In this document: one piece after another, positions 40,635 to 49,656 of the stretch
Layout: each line of letters starts with the position of its first letter
Numbering within the stretch: position 1 is the first letter of the stretch
Source of the DNA: Gemmatimonadota bacterium
Lineage (GTDB): Bacteria > Gemmatimonadota > Gemmatimonadetes > Palauibacterales > Palauibacteraceae
NCBI GenBank assembly: GCA_963666735.1
Contig: OY762926.1
Location: forward strand, 32,001-96,000
DNA: 64,000 bases
Direction of reading: 5' to 3'
Made by a program: the position numbers and the translations under genes
The notes under the pieces: model-generated
The model's input: only the letters and a program-made list of their open reading frames with translations
What the model was told of the DNA's origin: nothing
Database searches by the model: none

Positions 40635-41972
40635 TTAAACGCCGATGTCCCGGCCGGTCTCCGTCACGCGCTCCCAGAACCTGAGGTGCGCCTGGTGGCC
40701 GCGGCCCGTCACGTCCGGGCGCCCGACCGGCTGGTCGGCCACCGGGATGTGGTTCTCCAGCGTGGCCCGGATGTGGTCCCGGCTCACCACGATCAGTCCG
40801 GACCGGTGGCGAGAGATCATCACGCACAGGCGGCCCGTCTCGAGGTCGAACGATGAGGGGGCCGTGACGCCGGACAGGGGGTGGACGACGATCATGAGTT
40901 TGCGCTCCAGGCCCTGCCACCGCTCGGGCGTGTCGGCGACCACGTCGGCCCGCAGCGCGGAGGGGAGCGCCTGCTGGATGGCGGTGTTCATCACGCGGTG
41001 CGTCGCGGCGAGTCCGATGTCGCGGGGACGAAGCGGCCCTTCCTCGCCGTCGTCGCCGTCCACCACACAGGCGCCTCGCTCAAGCACGCGCGCGGCCGTC
41101 TCGGCGGCCAGGACCGCGATCTCCTCGTCAAGCTCCAGCGGGGGCCCCTCGGCCGGCGTCGGCATCGTGAGGGCCACCACGGATCCGGAGCCGAAGAGGT
41201 CGAGGGCGGGGTCCACACGCGATTGCCGGCCCTCGGCGGGCGGAACCCGGACGTAGCGGTCGCCCGGGCTCGCCCACGCTGCGAACTCGAAATCATAGAA
41301 CGGACGGACGAGTTCGACGGAGTCGTGGGGGAGCCGCCGGCACGCGGGCAACTCGAGTTGGAGCCGCGGAGGGTGGGGGTGGGCGAGGATGACCTCCGGC
41401 GCCGGATGATGCGGCGCGCGGGACGATGTCTCCCACCGCTGCGCCGGGATCGGAACGACGGGCGGAATCTGTCCCGGGTCTCCGATGAGGACGAAGCGCG
41501 GCGCGACCTTCGAGCAGAGCATTAAGTCCGCCCACGCCATCTGCCACGCTTCGTCGACGAACAGAACGTCATACGCGTGCTCGAGTTCCGTCAGCGTCCA
41601 CTTGGCGACCGTCGCGACGACGATGCATGGTCCCCGCGGGAGGGCGCGCTTGTGGTTCGCCCAGGACACGGTGTCGCCGAGATCCACCGCGCTTCGGCCG
41701 GCGGCGGCGAACCGGGTGACGCCGAGGTGGGGATACTGGGCGTTCAGTCTGCGGCAGATATCGTCGGCCTGGCTGTTGGTCTGCGCCCCCACGGCGACGC
41801 GCAGCCGTTTCCCGCGCGCGTGCGCCACGCCGCGAAGGAGGAGGAACGTCTTCCCGGATCCGGGGGGCGCCCTGACCACGACGAGCCCCGTGTCCGCATC
41901 GATGGCGCCGTTGAGACGCGTCTCGACGAGAGACGATTTCGCGGAGACCTGCGCCCTGTTCCGCGAATTCAC
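40635..41972 (-). CDS. Minimal SF1B (Upf1/Dna2-like) helicase
   Basis: APPGSGKT, QTNSQADD, VDEAWQ, IGDPGQIPP, TPERWQGLE, RLCVMISRHR. Confidence 0.88.
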   Translation of the reverse strand: MNSRNRAQVSAKSSLVETRLNGAIDADTGLVVVRAPPGSGKTFLLLRGVAHARGKRLRVAVGAQTNSQADDICRRLNAQYPHLGVTRFAAAGRSAVDLGDTVSWANHKRALPRGPCIVVATVAKWTLTELEHAYDVLFVDEAWQMAWADLMLCSKVAPRFVLIGDPGQIPPVVPIPAQRWETSSRAPHHPAPEVILAHPHPPRLQLELPACRRLPHDSVELVRPFYDFEFAAWASPGDRYVRVPPAEGRQSRVDPALDLFGSGSVVALTMPTPAEGPPLELDEEIAVLAAETAARVLERGACVVDGDDGEEGPLRPRDIGLAATHRVMNTAIQQALPSALRADVVADTPERWQGLERKLMIVVHPLSGVTAPSSFDLETGRLCVMISRHRSGLIVVSRDHIRATLENHIPVADQPVGRPDVTGRGHQAHLRFWERVTETGRDIGV

Positions 41973-43453
41973 AGGTCACCTTCGTCGAAGCCGTCGCCGG
42001 TCGGGTCGTCGTCGGGGCGTGCGTGCGTGAGCCAGCCGCCGGGCTCATCGTCGGACCAGATCAGGCTGCGCTTGCGTCGGCTCAGGTGATGGTTCGAACT
42101 CTCGACGAACCCGATCGCGCTCCCGACCGCCCTCATCGGATTCCGGCGGACTTCAATCTCGAACGTGCGGCGGCCGTCGGACTCGTCCCGGAACGCGAGG
42201 AGTGTCCCGCTGGACTGGGGCAAACCGATCACGCACACCCAGCTTCCCGCCCTGAGCCGGAGCGGCCCCGGGTTCTCGTCCCTCACGGTCAACACCGTGC
42301 GCGCCCAGCGCCCCGAGCGCCGTTCCCCGACGCCGGTGACCGTCCCGCGAAAGCCATCGCCGCGCGCGATGGCCTCATCCTGAAGCTCCGGGTCATCGTG
42401 CAGTAGCGCCGATTCGACGACTGAGGCCGAGGCCAGGTGAGACATGTAGCGCGCTCCCGCCGCGGCCGGATCCCGGTCCGTCTCCGGCGACGGCGTGAAG
42501 GGCGGGGGATCGTCGCCGGCGGCATGCCCCCACTCGAGACGCGTGTGCTGGCGCCACTGCTCCGCCAGCGCTTCGCCCACGAGTTCGGCCACGCCCCGGT
42601 TCGTGCGCCGCCCGTCCGCGCGCAGAAGCGATATCGCCTGTGCCGTGAGCCGGTATCGGCGCCCGAGTTCCTCCTCCAGGACACGGGTGATCTCCGCCGC
42701 CTTCGCTCGCTCGCGACCCGCGTCCCCCTCGTTCCGCGCCTCATGCCAATCATCGAGCCGAGCCGCGATGCGGGTTCGTTCGATGGTGGGGTCCAGCGCC
42801 GTGGAGACCGCAAGCTCCTCCGCCTTGTGGGCCGCCTCGGGACGCTCGGCGGGAGCCAGATCCCGGTCGAGCCACGCGAGCAGGAAGCCCAGGTGTTCGA
42901 GCCTCGTGGACTGCGCGGGGAACGTGTACGACGTGCGAAGCGCTCCCGTGGCCGTCACCACATGCTGCTGCCCCGGCCTCTGCGCCTCCCGGAAGAGCCA
43001 GCCCGCCGTCCGTCCCAGCGGGTTCAGGATTGTCCCGGCCTCGGGTCCCTGGCGCGTAAACGTGTACGCGAAGGCGAGGTGATGGAGCATGTCCGTATGA
43101 CTCCCGTTCGGAAGCCACACCTGCCGAAGCGGCCCAAGCTCCTCCTCGTCGGCGGGCGGGAGGCCGGCGAAGCCGGGCGTCCGAAGGTGCCGCAGGAGCA
43201 CGGGCGCGAAGCTCGAACACATCCCGGCGACCAGGTCGCGGTTCCGGCCCTCCGGGACGGTGAGAATCTCGGGGTCCGCATCCGGCCGCCCGAAGGCGAT
43301 GCCCCACGGACGCGACTCTCCCCCCATGCGCACGAACGCGACAATCAGGAGATCCTCATCCCGCGCGATATGCAGTTGCCGGGTCGTGCCCCGCGGAAGC
43401 GGCCGCCCCTCCGAGAACGCGATCAGCCGCCGGACGACATCGCGCTCCCTCAC
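41969..43453 (-). CDS. Hypothetical protein (helical region plus C-terminal beta-rich domain), middle gene of the nuclease-helicase operon
   Basis: 494-aa ORF with GTGA overlaps at both ends. Confidence 0.75.
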   Translation of the reverse strand: MRERDVVRRLIAFSEGRPLPRGTTRQLHIARDEDLLIVAFVRMGGESRPWGIAFGRPDADPEILTVPEGRNRDLVAGMCSSFAPVLLRHLRTPGFAGLPPADEEELGPLRQVWLPNGSHTDMLHHLAFAYTFTRQGPEAGTILNPLGRTAGWLFREAQRPGQQHVVTATGALRTSYTFPAQSTRLEHLGFLLAWLDRDLAPAERPEAAHKAEELAVSTALDPTIERTRIAARLDDWHEARNEGDAGRERAKAAEITRVLEEELGRRYRLTAQAISLLRADGRRTNRGVAELVGEALAEQWRQHTRLEWGHAAGDDPPPFTPSPETDRDPAAAGARYMSHLASASVVESALLHDDPELQDEAIARGDGFRGTVTGVGERRSGRWARTVLTVRDENPGPLRLRAGSWVCVIGLPQSSGTLLAFRDESDGRRTFEIEVRRNPMRAVGSAIGFVESSNHHLSRRKRSLIWSDDEPGGWLTHARPDDDPTGDGFDEGDL

Positions 43454-44541
43454 CGCGTCGGCCCCCTCGACCCCGCCGCCCCCGCGCGCTGAAGCCTCCG
43501 CACCAGGTCCTTCTCACCGGCGGTTCGCGGGCCCCCGCCGTCCAGAAGGGCGACCGCCCGCCCGAGGTCCACGTCACCGAGAAAGCGGCGCACATCATCG
43601 CCGAGCACCGCGGGGTTTCCCTCCGCCAGGGCAGCGGCGTGACACTGGCTCGCTCGGTCGCAGAACCTGAGACAAGCCTCCGAATACTCCGTCTCCGCCC
43701 GCATCACGGCCTCCACGGGATCGTCGTCGACCGGCATGAAGGGCGGCAGTCCGCGGGCCGCGGCCTCCAGAAGTTCAAAGCCCCGCCTCGCCCGCTCCGC
43801 CTGGTAGTGGAAGTCCTCCTCCGGGCGCACCGACGGGAAGTTGGAGCCCGGCCGCGTCAGAACGAGGAACCCCTGCCGCCGCAACTTGACGCGTTCCCCG
43901 CATCCGAGTTCGGCCAGGACGAGTTCGAGCGCGTGGAGGTAGAGGCCCGCCTGCGCGCGGGCGACCGCCAGCTTGTGCGGGTCGGTATGTCCCCCGCGAT
44001 CCGCGTACGTCTTGATCTCACCCACCATGAGTTCCGGGCGTCCCCGGTCGTAGCGAACGGCCAGGACGTCCAGGATGAGCACGGCCTCGGGCAGCATGAC
44101 GCCCTTCGGGATCCGAACCGTGGGACTGGCGATGATCGCGGGACGCGGGGCGGAGCGGGAATCGGCTTGGCCGGCCACCTCCCGGATCAGTGCCTTCGTC
44201 CGGGCAATCGCCTCCGGAAGGGAAGGGAGCGGCCCTCCGTTCATCCGGACACGCAGGTCGGCGAGTCCCTTCGCCCCCTCCGGGAGCACATCCTTCCGAA
44301 CGAGTTCCGCGAGAAGCCGGCCAGCCTCGTCGGCGAGCATCTGTCGCTCGAAGTTGTTCCCCCGCGTGAGCGCGAACACGGACTGCCCGAAACTGGGCCG
44401 GGAGCCGAGACGCCGCGCCACGTCGGCCATCGGGACGTTATGCACCGCGGAGAGGGTATTGGCCCGGCAGGCGGGGTTCTTCGCCCACTGCTCGAAGCGC
44501 GCGCGCGTGTTCCCCGTGACTGTCCCCGAACCGTTCTCCAA
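43450..44541 (-). CDS. RecB/Cas4-like PD-(D/E)xK nuclease with putative 4Fe-4S cysteines
   Basis: NPAC; RGNNFE; ILDVL; GEIKTY; QAGLY (QxxxY); C-terminal CLRFCDRASQC; TTG start after ggagg. Confidence 0.7.
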   Translation of the reverse strand: MENGSGTVTGNTRARFEQWAKNPACRANTLSAVHNVPMADVARRLGSRPSFGQSVFALTRGNNFERQMLADEAGRLLAELVRKDVLPEGAKGLADLRVRMNGGPLPSLPEAIARTKALIREVAGQADSRSAPRPAIIASPTVRIPKGVMLPEAVLILDVLAVRYDRGRPELMVGEIKTYADRGGHTDPHKLAVARAQAGLYLHALELVLAELGCGERVKLRRQGFLVLTRPGSNFPSVRPEEDFHYQAERARRGFELLEAAARGLPPFMPVDDDPVEAVMRAETEYSEACLRFCDRASQCHAAALAEGNPAVLGDDVRRFLGDVDLGRAVALLDGGGPRTAGEKDLVRRLQRAGAAGSRGPTR

Positions 44542-44736
44542 ACGACCTCCGTGTAAACGACACCGCGCGGCCACGCCGGGAGACCGTCTCGTCAACCGAA
44601 ATGAGTCGGTCTCACGCAGGGTGGGCGCGCCCGATCCTAATGCCCCAGTCGAAGCCCGGCGACCTCGAAGTCCCCTGCGGCCCGCGCCGTTCACCGTGGA
44701 GTTGACAGCGCTTCGAGTGTGTAGTATTTACGACAC

Positions 44737-45090
44737 ATGACACAGTTTGGAAGCACGGTTCGAAAGCTCCGGGAGCGGCTTCGGCAGGACGATCCCCGCT
44801 TCTCGCTGCGGCAGGTGGCGAAGCGGGTCGGGATCGAACCCGCGTACCTGAGCAAGATCGAGCGGGGTGACGTGGCGCCGCCCTCGGAGGCCACGACGGT
44901 GCGGCTGGCGCAGGAACTCGGCGTCGACCGGGACTGTCTTCTCGCGCTGGCGGGGAAGGTCTCCAGCGACCTCCAGGAGATCATCCGCAAACGGCCGGAA
45001 CTGTTCGCGGAGCTGATCCGCCAGCTCAAGGGGGCGCCGGAGGGCGCGATCCTGCGTGTCGTGCGGGAGGTGCGGGACGGGGAATGGTAA
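44737..45090 (+). CDS. XRE-family HTH regulator
   Basis: SLRQVAKRVGIEPAYLSKIERG; TTGACA at 44702. Confidence 0.9.
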   Translation: MTQFGSTVRKLRERLRQDDPRFSLRQVAKRVGIEPAYLSKIERGDVAPPSEATTVRLAQELGVDRDCLLALAGKVSSDLQEIIRKRPELFAELIRQLKGAPEGAILRVVREVRDGEW

Positions 45091-45121
45091 CGATGACGAG
45101 AGACACGAGGAGCGACGAGAG

Positions 45122-46183
45122 ATGATCAGCCTGGAGAACGACCGCCTGCACTTCCGGTTCCCCGAAGTCCACGAGAGCGCGCACTGCTCGGTCTCATTTC
45201 AACGCACGCTGCGCATCCCGGATGACGGGGCGCCACATTTGCTCCCGCCGGGCCTGGGCGGCTTCCCATTGCGACACGTCGACGACTACAAGTCCCGGCT
45301 GCCGGCCGACTGGCTTCGGCGCGGCGGCGTGCTCATGCCGATGCACCAGGCGGAGGCGATGTGGATCAGCTTCGGCTCCCGCTCCGGGGCTCCCGCTTAC
45401 CCCTTCGCCGTGAAGATCGCGACCGGCAAGGTGTGCGCCGTCAGCGGGGAAACGTGGACGGAGCATCTTAACCGGGACCCGCAGGACTACGTCGTACTCC
45501 CGCGCCAACCCTGGATCGATGGCTACTGCGTCGACAACGGGTTGATCCGGCAGTTCATCGCCATGCCGCTCGGAGAGGGCTACACGGTCGAGGAGCAGAT
45601 CACGGGCGCGGCCGAGCACGGGGGCATCCAGATCATCGCCTACCCCATGAAGGCCGAGCGCTACGAAGCGATCCTCGCCGCTCACAAGGCTCGACTCGCC
45701 GGTCTCGAAGTCAGGCGAGCCTCCGCTCCGAGCGTGTTCTCCGATCATGTGATCGCGTGTTCCTCGCCTTCGACCATCTACGAGCAATCGAGCATGGGCC
45801 TCGCGCCCGGCGGTCGCATGCGGCAGGAGATCTACGACGATCCCTACGATCTCGAAGCCTGGGATCAGCGCCCCGCGAGCCGGTGTTTCGTTACGATCGC
45901 CAATTCCGGGCAGTGGATCGCGGTCACCGGCGAGAAGCCCCCCACCACGCCGCCGACGGCGAAGCAGTACGCCGACGCCGGACTGCCGTGGTTCGACTAC
46001 TACGACGGGGATGCGACGGCCGTGGAGGGCGCGGAGAAGTTCGCAGACCTCGCGAGCGTGGCAGAGATCGGCGCGAAGAAGGGCGAGACGCCGCTGCCCG
46101 AGAACGAACCGCTCACCGAAACGCGCGTCGTCAAACGCGGACGTGCCGCCCTGCGGCAGGTCCGTGAGCCCAGCCCGGATTGA
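45122..46183 (+). CDS. Conserved hypothetical protein (FQRTLRIPDD family)
   Basis: FQRTLRIPDD..LPPGLG.FPL, PMHQAEAMW, QDYVV.P.QPWIDG, RQFIAMPLG.GYTVE.Q, GLPWFDYY. Confidence 0.75.
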   Translation: MISLENDRLHFRFPEVHESAHCSVSFQRTLRIPDDGAPHLLPPGLGGFPLRHVDDYKSRLPADWLRRGGVLMPMHQAEAMWISFGSRSGAPAYPFAVKIATGKVCAVSGETWTEHLNRDPQDYVVLPRQPWIDGYCVDNGLIRQFIAMPLGEGYTVEEQITGAAEHGGIQIIAYPMKAERYEAILAAHKARLAGLEVRRASAPSVFSDHVIACSSPSTIYEQSSMGLAPGGRMRQEIYDDPYDLEAWDQRPASRCFVTIANSGQWIAVTGEKPPTTPPTAKQYADAGLPWFDYYDGDATAVEGAEKFADLASVAEIGAKKGETPLPENEPLTETRVVKRGRAALRQVREPSPD

Positions 46184-46276
46184 GTATTCGCTTGCGGCCC
46201 CTTCCTGGGGCGTCCCGCGCGAGGTCAGGTGGCACGCCGCCGCCGGCTCAGCGCCACCGGGCGGCTATCGCCGGGG

Positions 46277-46594
46277 TTAGGATGCGGAAGGGTCGGGATT
46301 CAGGATGCGGTCAAGGTCTCGCGCGCCGTGTATTATCCGCAGGATCGTGAGCGGTGAGCTTTCCGGGTAGTAGAGCACGACCCAGTCGAAGACGCGCCAC
46401 CAGCGGACCGCGTCGCCGGTGATCTCGGTGCGTTTCGATCCGGAGCCGGGCATTCCCGCCAAGTGCTCGAAGGCCTCTACGAATTTGGCATGGACGTGCA
46501 AGGCACGATCAACGCCGGACTGCTCCGCCACGTAGAGCAGGATCTCCGCGAGTTCGTTCTCAGCGGTGCGGCCGAGCCGGTAGCCCGCCGACAC
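46277..46594 (-). CDS. parE: ParE/RelE-family toxin
   Basis: YRL...AENEL.EI..Y, MPGSG, ILRIIHGARDL. Confidence 0.88.
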   Translation of the reverse strand: MSAGYRLGRTAENELAEILLYVAEQSGVDRALHVHAKFVEAFEHLAGMPGSGSKRTEITGDAVRWWRVFDWVVLYYPESSPLTILRIIHGARDLDRILNPDPSAS

Positions 46595-46936
46595 TCAGCC
46601 GCGATCCTCGATTCGCTCTCTCAACCGCTGCATGGCCGCGGGCCCGTCGCTCACACGACCTTCGGCGACGTCGCAGAGGGCGGCGTCCACGAGCTGGCGG
46701 AAGTGCGCTCCGACCCTTTCCTGGAGCGCGCTCGGGACCCTGTCCCTCTCGTCTTCGCTCAGCCCCTCGTACACCCACTTCTCGAGGAGTCTTCGGTGCT
46801 CCGCTTCCTCCAGAAGGCGCAATCCGTGTCGCACGACTTCGCTCGCCGTGCGGTAGTGCCCCAGCGAGACCAACCGCTCGATGAACGCGTCCTGTTGCGG
46901 GGGAAGCGAGATGTTTCGGGTTTGCCGGATAGCCAT
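46595..46936 (-). CDS. parD: ParD-family antitoxin
   Basis: NISLPPQQDAFIERLVSLGHYRTASEVVRHGLRLLE. Confidence 0.88.
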   Translation of the reverse strand: MAIRQTRNISLPPQQDAFIERLVSLGHYRTASEVVRHGLRLLEEAEHRRLLEKWVYEGLSEDERDRVPSALQERVGAHFRQLVDAALCDVAEGRVSDGPAAMQRLRERIEDRG

Positions 46937-46985
46937 GCTTCAAGGTCGCACGTCCGACCACGTGTAGCAATATCTGCCACACGGG

Positions 46986-47264
46986 TCAAAGGCCCACGTC
47001 GAGTTCGCTGGCGAGCGTTTCCATGGCCTCCCTGGCGGGGACGCCCCGGTCGCCCGCCTTGTATGCCCGCAGCGCCTCGCGCCACAGGTGTCCGCGCTCG
47101 ACCGAATGGACCAGGAAGTCGTAGCGTTCCGGACTCATCACGACCATCGCGGCTTCCCCGTTCTGGGTAATGGTCTCGACCCGTCCCTCCCGGATCCGTT
47201 CCAGATGTTCGCCCGTGTGCTGCCTGAAATGACTCAGCGGGTACGTGTCCTGAGTGCGGTGCAT
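46986..47264 (-). CDS. Phd/YefM-family antitoxin (no adjacent cognate toxin)
   Basis: YPLSHFRQH...TITQNGEAAMVVMSPERYD. Confidence 0.8.
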   Translation of the reverse strand: MHRTQDTYPLSHFRQHTGEHLERIREGRVETITQNGEAAMVVMSPERYDFLVHSVERGHLWREALRAYKAGDRGVPAREAMETLASELDVGL

Positions 47265-47280
47265 GACCCCTCGCTCCGAG

Positions 47281-47298
47281 ACGTTCCCGCGGGAACGT
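47281..47298. promoter_or_regulatory. parS-like palindrome ACGTTCCCGCGGGAACGT, copy 1
   Basis: Perfect 18-bp palindrome, intergenic; recurs four times in the window. Confidence 0.55.
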
Positions 47299-47306
47299 GC
47301 CGCGTC

Positions 47307-49517
47307 CTACGGCATCATGCCGGCCACCGCGCGCATCCGCTCCGCCAGGTTGCGGACGGCGCCGATGTAGACGCGCTCCCACCCGGGCAGATCTGCGCGG
47401 TCGTCCGTCTCGATCTCGTAGCGGAGCCCCGGCAGCATCCACGAGGCGTAGCCGCTGAACGGGTCCGGGGAGACGTAGATCGAGCGGCTCCACGGGCGGC
47501 CCTGCAACCCCCGGTCGTTCAGCCAGGCCTTCTCCAGTCCGATCAGCGCCCGGTTTACCGCCTCGGCCCTCGCCGCCTCGACCTCCCCGGAGGCGAGCCA
47601 GCGCTCGCGCGCCGCCACCAGGGCCGCGGCGGCCTCGTCCAGCTCCCGCGTGGTCTCGACGAGCCGCGACAGATCGACCGCCAGGCCGCGCTGGGCCGCG
47701 ACCTCGTACAGCGTCTCGACATGGGTGCGGGTGTCGGTCGCGTAGCGGACCACGTCGTAGGGGAGCACGTCGGCGTTGGCGAAGCGGAGCGCGAGGATCC
47801 CGTCGGCCCGGGCGATCATCGGCCCGTAGGCGAACGTGGTGTCCCCGAAGCGCTCGTACCACGCGAAGTTGTCGTAGTTGGAGTGGTAGACGCCGCCGGG
47901 GTTGCCGGACGAGAGCGAACCTGACGGCACGCCCGCGTGGGTGTAGAAGCCGACGTGGTCGGAGCCGCCGCCGAGGTTGCCGAGACCCGGCTCCGCCGCC
48001 CCCTCGCCCGCGCGCGCCAGCCACCAGTCGTACAGCGGTTCCCCGGTGCCGGGGTACGTCACCGCCTTCGTGGCCTCGATGATCTGCCCCTTGAGCGACG
48101 GAGAGGAGGAACTCCCGAAGTTGGCGCCCGACACTGCGGCGTCGGCGTTGATGTAGGCGATCGCGTTCGCTTCCAGCGCTTCGCGGAACTCCTCGACCCA
48201 CTCGGTCGAGCCGATGATGCCGTACTCCTCCGCGTCCCAGTGCGCGATCATGATCGAGCGGCGCGGCCGGCACTCGTCGTCCCGCGACAGCTCGCCCAGC
48301 GCCTCGGCGAGGGTCAGCAGCATCGCGGTGCCGCCGTTCGGGTCGATGGCGCCGAAGCCCCAGGGGTCGTAGTGCGCGCCCAGGATGAACCACTCGTCCG
48401 GGAACTCGCTCCCGCGCACGGTGCCCACCACGTTGGTCGCGCGGGTGAGCTTCATGGGCTGATTGACGCGCACCCGCACCGTGAGCTCGGTGCCGCCCGT
48501 GATGCGGTAGTCCACCTCCATCCCCGCCGCCCAGCCGGGCGGGACCTCGCGGCCGGTCATGCGGGACAGGATTTCGGTGGCGGCCTCGTAGCCGATGGGC
48601 AGGACGGGGATGTTGTGCAGCGGCACCTCGGAGGGGTCGAGGCGCTCCACCTGCCGGCCGCCGTTCCGCTCGTCGCCGGGCGCGGCGTCCACGGGCAGCG
48701 CGGGTTCGAACGGCGTGAGCGGGTCGCCGGTCCAGGGGAGGGTGAGGACGGAGCCGCGCTGGATGGTCTCCCCGTTCATCATCGGGCCTTCGGGATAGGC
48801 GGCGAGTCTCGACGAACCGGGATCGTTGAACATGATGACGCCCGCCGCCCCCCGCTCCTCGGCGAACTTCACCTTGTAGCCGCGGAAGTTCCCCCCGTAG
48901 CGGGCGATCACGACCCTGCCGGCCAGGGACACGCCGATCGAGTCCAGCGCCAGGTAGTCCTCGCGGCGGCCGTAGTTGGCGTAGACGACCTCGCCGGTGA
49001 CGTCGCCCGAGCCCGAGAAGGCGTTCCACCCGTTGAGCAGGTCGGGGTGGCCGGAGAAGCGGTCCTCCGGAAGCGCGGGCTCGCGGTTGGAGAGCTGCAT
49101 CGCGACCGGTGTCACGATGTGCACCTCGACATCGTCGGTCAGCTCCGGCAGGTAGACGTCGTAGGGGTGGCGCGTCACCGCCAGCCCCGCCTGCTCCATC
49201 GCCCGGGCGAGGTAGTCGCCGACCCGCACCTGGGCCGCCGACCCCGCCGGGTGCGGGTGCTCGGTGATCGTGCGCAGGTGCTCGCGGAACGACTCGGCGC
49301 GGGGCAGATCCAGGAAACGCGCCTCGCAGGCGAGCTGCGTGACGGCGCGCGCCGCGGTAAAGCCGGCCAGCGTGAGCTCCTGGGCAGCCTCTTGGGCAGG
49401 CTCCTGGGCGAGCGCTGGAGCGGGGCCGAAGCCGGCCGGAAGTACGGCGGCGAGGAGGGGAGCGACGGCGAAGAGCAGCGGGGCGGCCGCGCGAGCGGGG
49501 GCGAGGGCTGCTGGCAT
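47307..49517 (-). CDS. M28 peptidase (glutamate carboxypeptidase II-like, PA domain), exported
   Basis: Signal peptide; LGAHYDPW.FGAIDP, WDAEEYG..GSTEW, YINAD, GSDH, YHSNYD. Confidence 0.92.
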   Translation of the reverse strand: MPAALAPARAAAPLLFAVAPLLAAVLPAGFGPAPALAQEPAQEAAQELTLAGFTAARAVTQLACEARFLDLPRAESFREHLRTITEHPHPAGSAAQVRVGDYLARAMEQAGLAVTRHPYDVYLPELTDDVEVHIVTPVAMQLSNREPALPEDRFSGHPDLLNGWNAFSGSGDVTGEVVYANYGRREDYLALDSIGVSLAGRVVIARYGGNFRGYKVKFAEERGAAGVIMFNDPGSSRLAAYPEGPMMNGETIQRGSVLTLPWTGDPLTPFEPALPVDAAPGDERNGGRQVERLDPSEVPLHNIPVLPIGYEAATEILSRMTGREVPPGWAAGMEVDYRITGGTELTVRVRVNQPMKLTRATNVVGTVRGSEFPDEWFILGAHYDPWGFGAIDPNGGTAMLLTLAEALGELSRDDECRPRRSIMIAHWDAEEYGIIGSTEWVEEFREALEANAIAYINADAAVSGANFGSSSSPSLKGQIIEATKAVTYPGTGEPLYDWWLARAGEGAAEPGLGNLGGGSDHVGFYTHAGVPSGSLSSGNPGGVYHSNYDNFAWYERFGDTTFAYGPMIARADGILALRFANADVLPYDVVRYATDTRTHVETLYEVAAQRGLAVDLSRLVETTRELDEAAAALVAARERWLASGEVEAARAEAVNRALIGLEKAWLNDRGLQGRPWSRSIYVSPDPFSGYASWMLPGLRYEIETDDRADLPGWERVYIGAVRNLAERMRAVAGMMP

Positions 49518-49656
49518 CTTGCGGATCTCCTGACTGGTCGACGGACTCGGAAGGTCGGGGCGGATCCCCGCCATGATAGGGATCATCTCGCCCACGCGCC
49601 TCCGCAAGAGCCGGACGGTGCCCCATGCCGGGCCGGCAGGGGATGTCGGCGGCGGG

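Noticed and set aside
43450..44541. Calling this gene cas4 of a CRISPR system
   Set aside because: Only the fold and motifs are shared; no cas1/cas2 or array nearby, and it is coupled to a helicase operon
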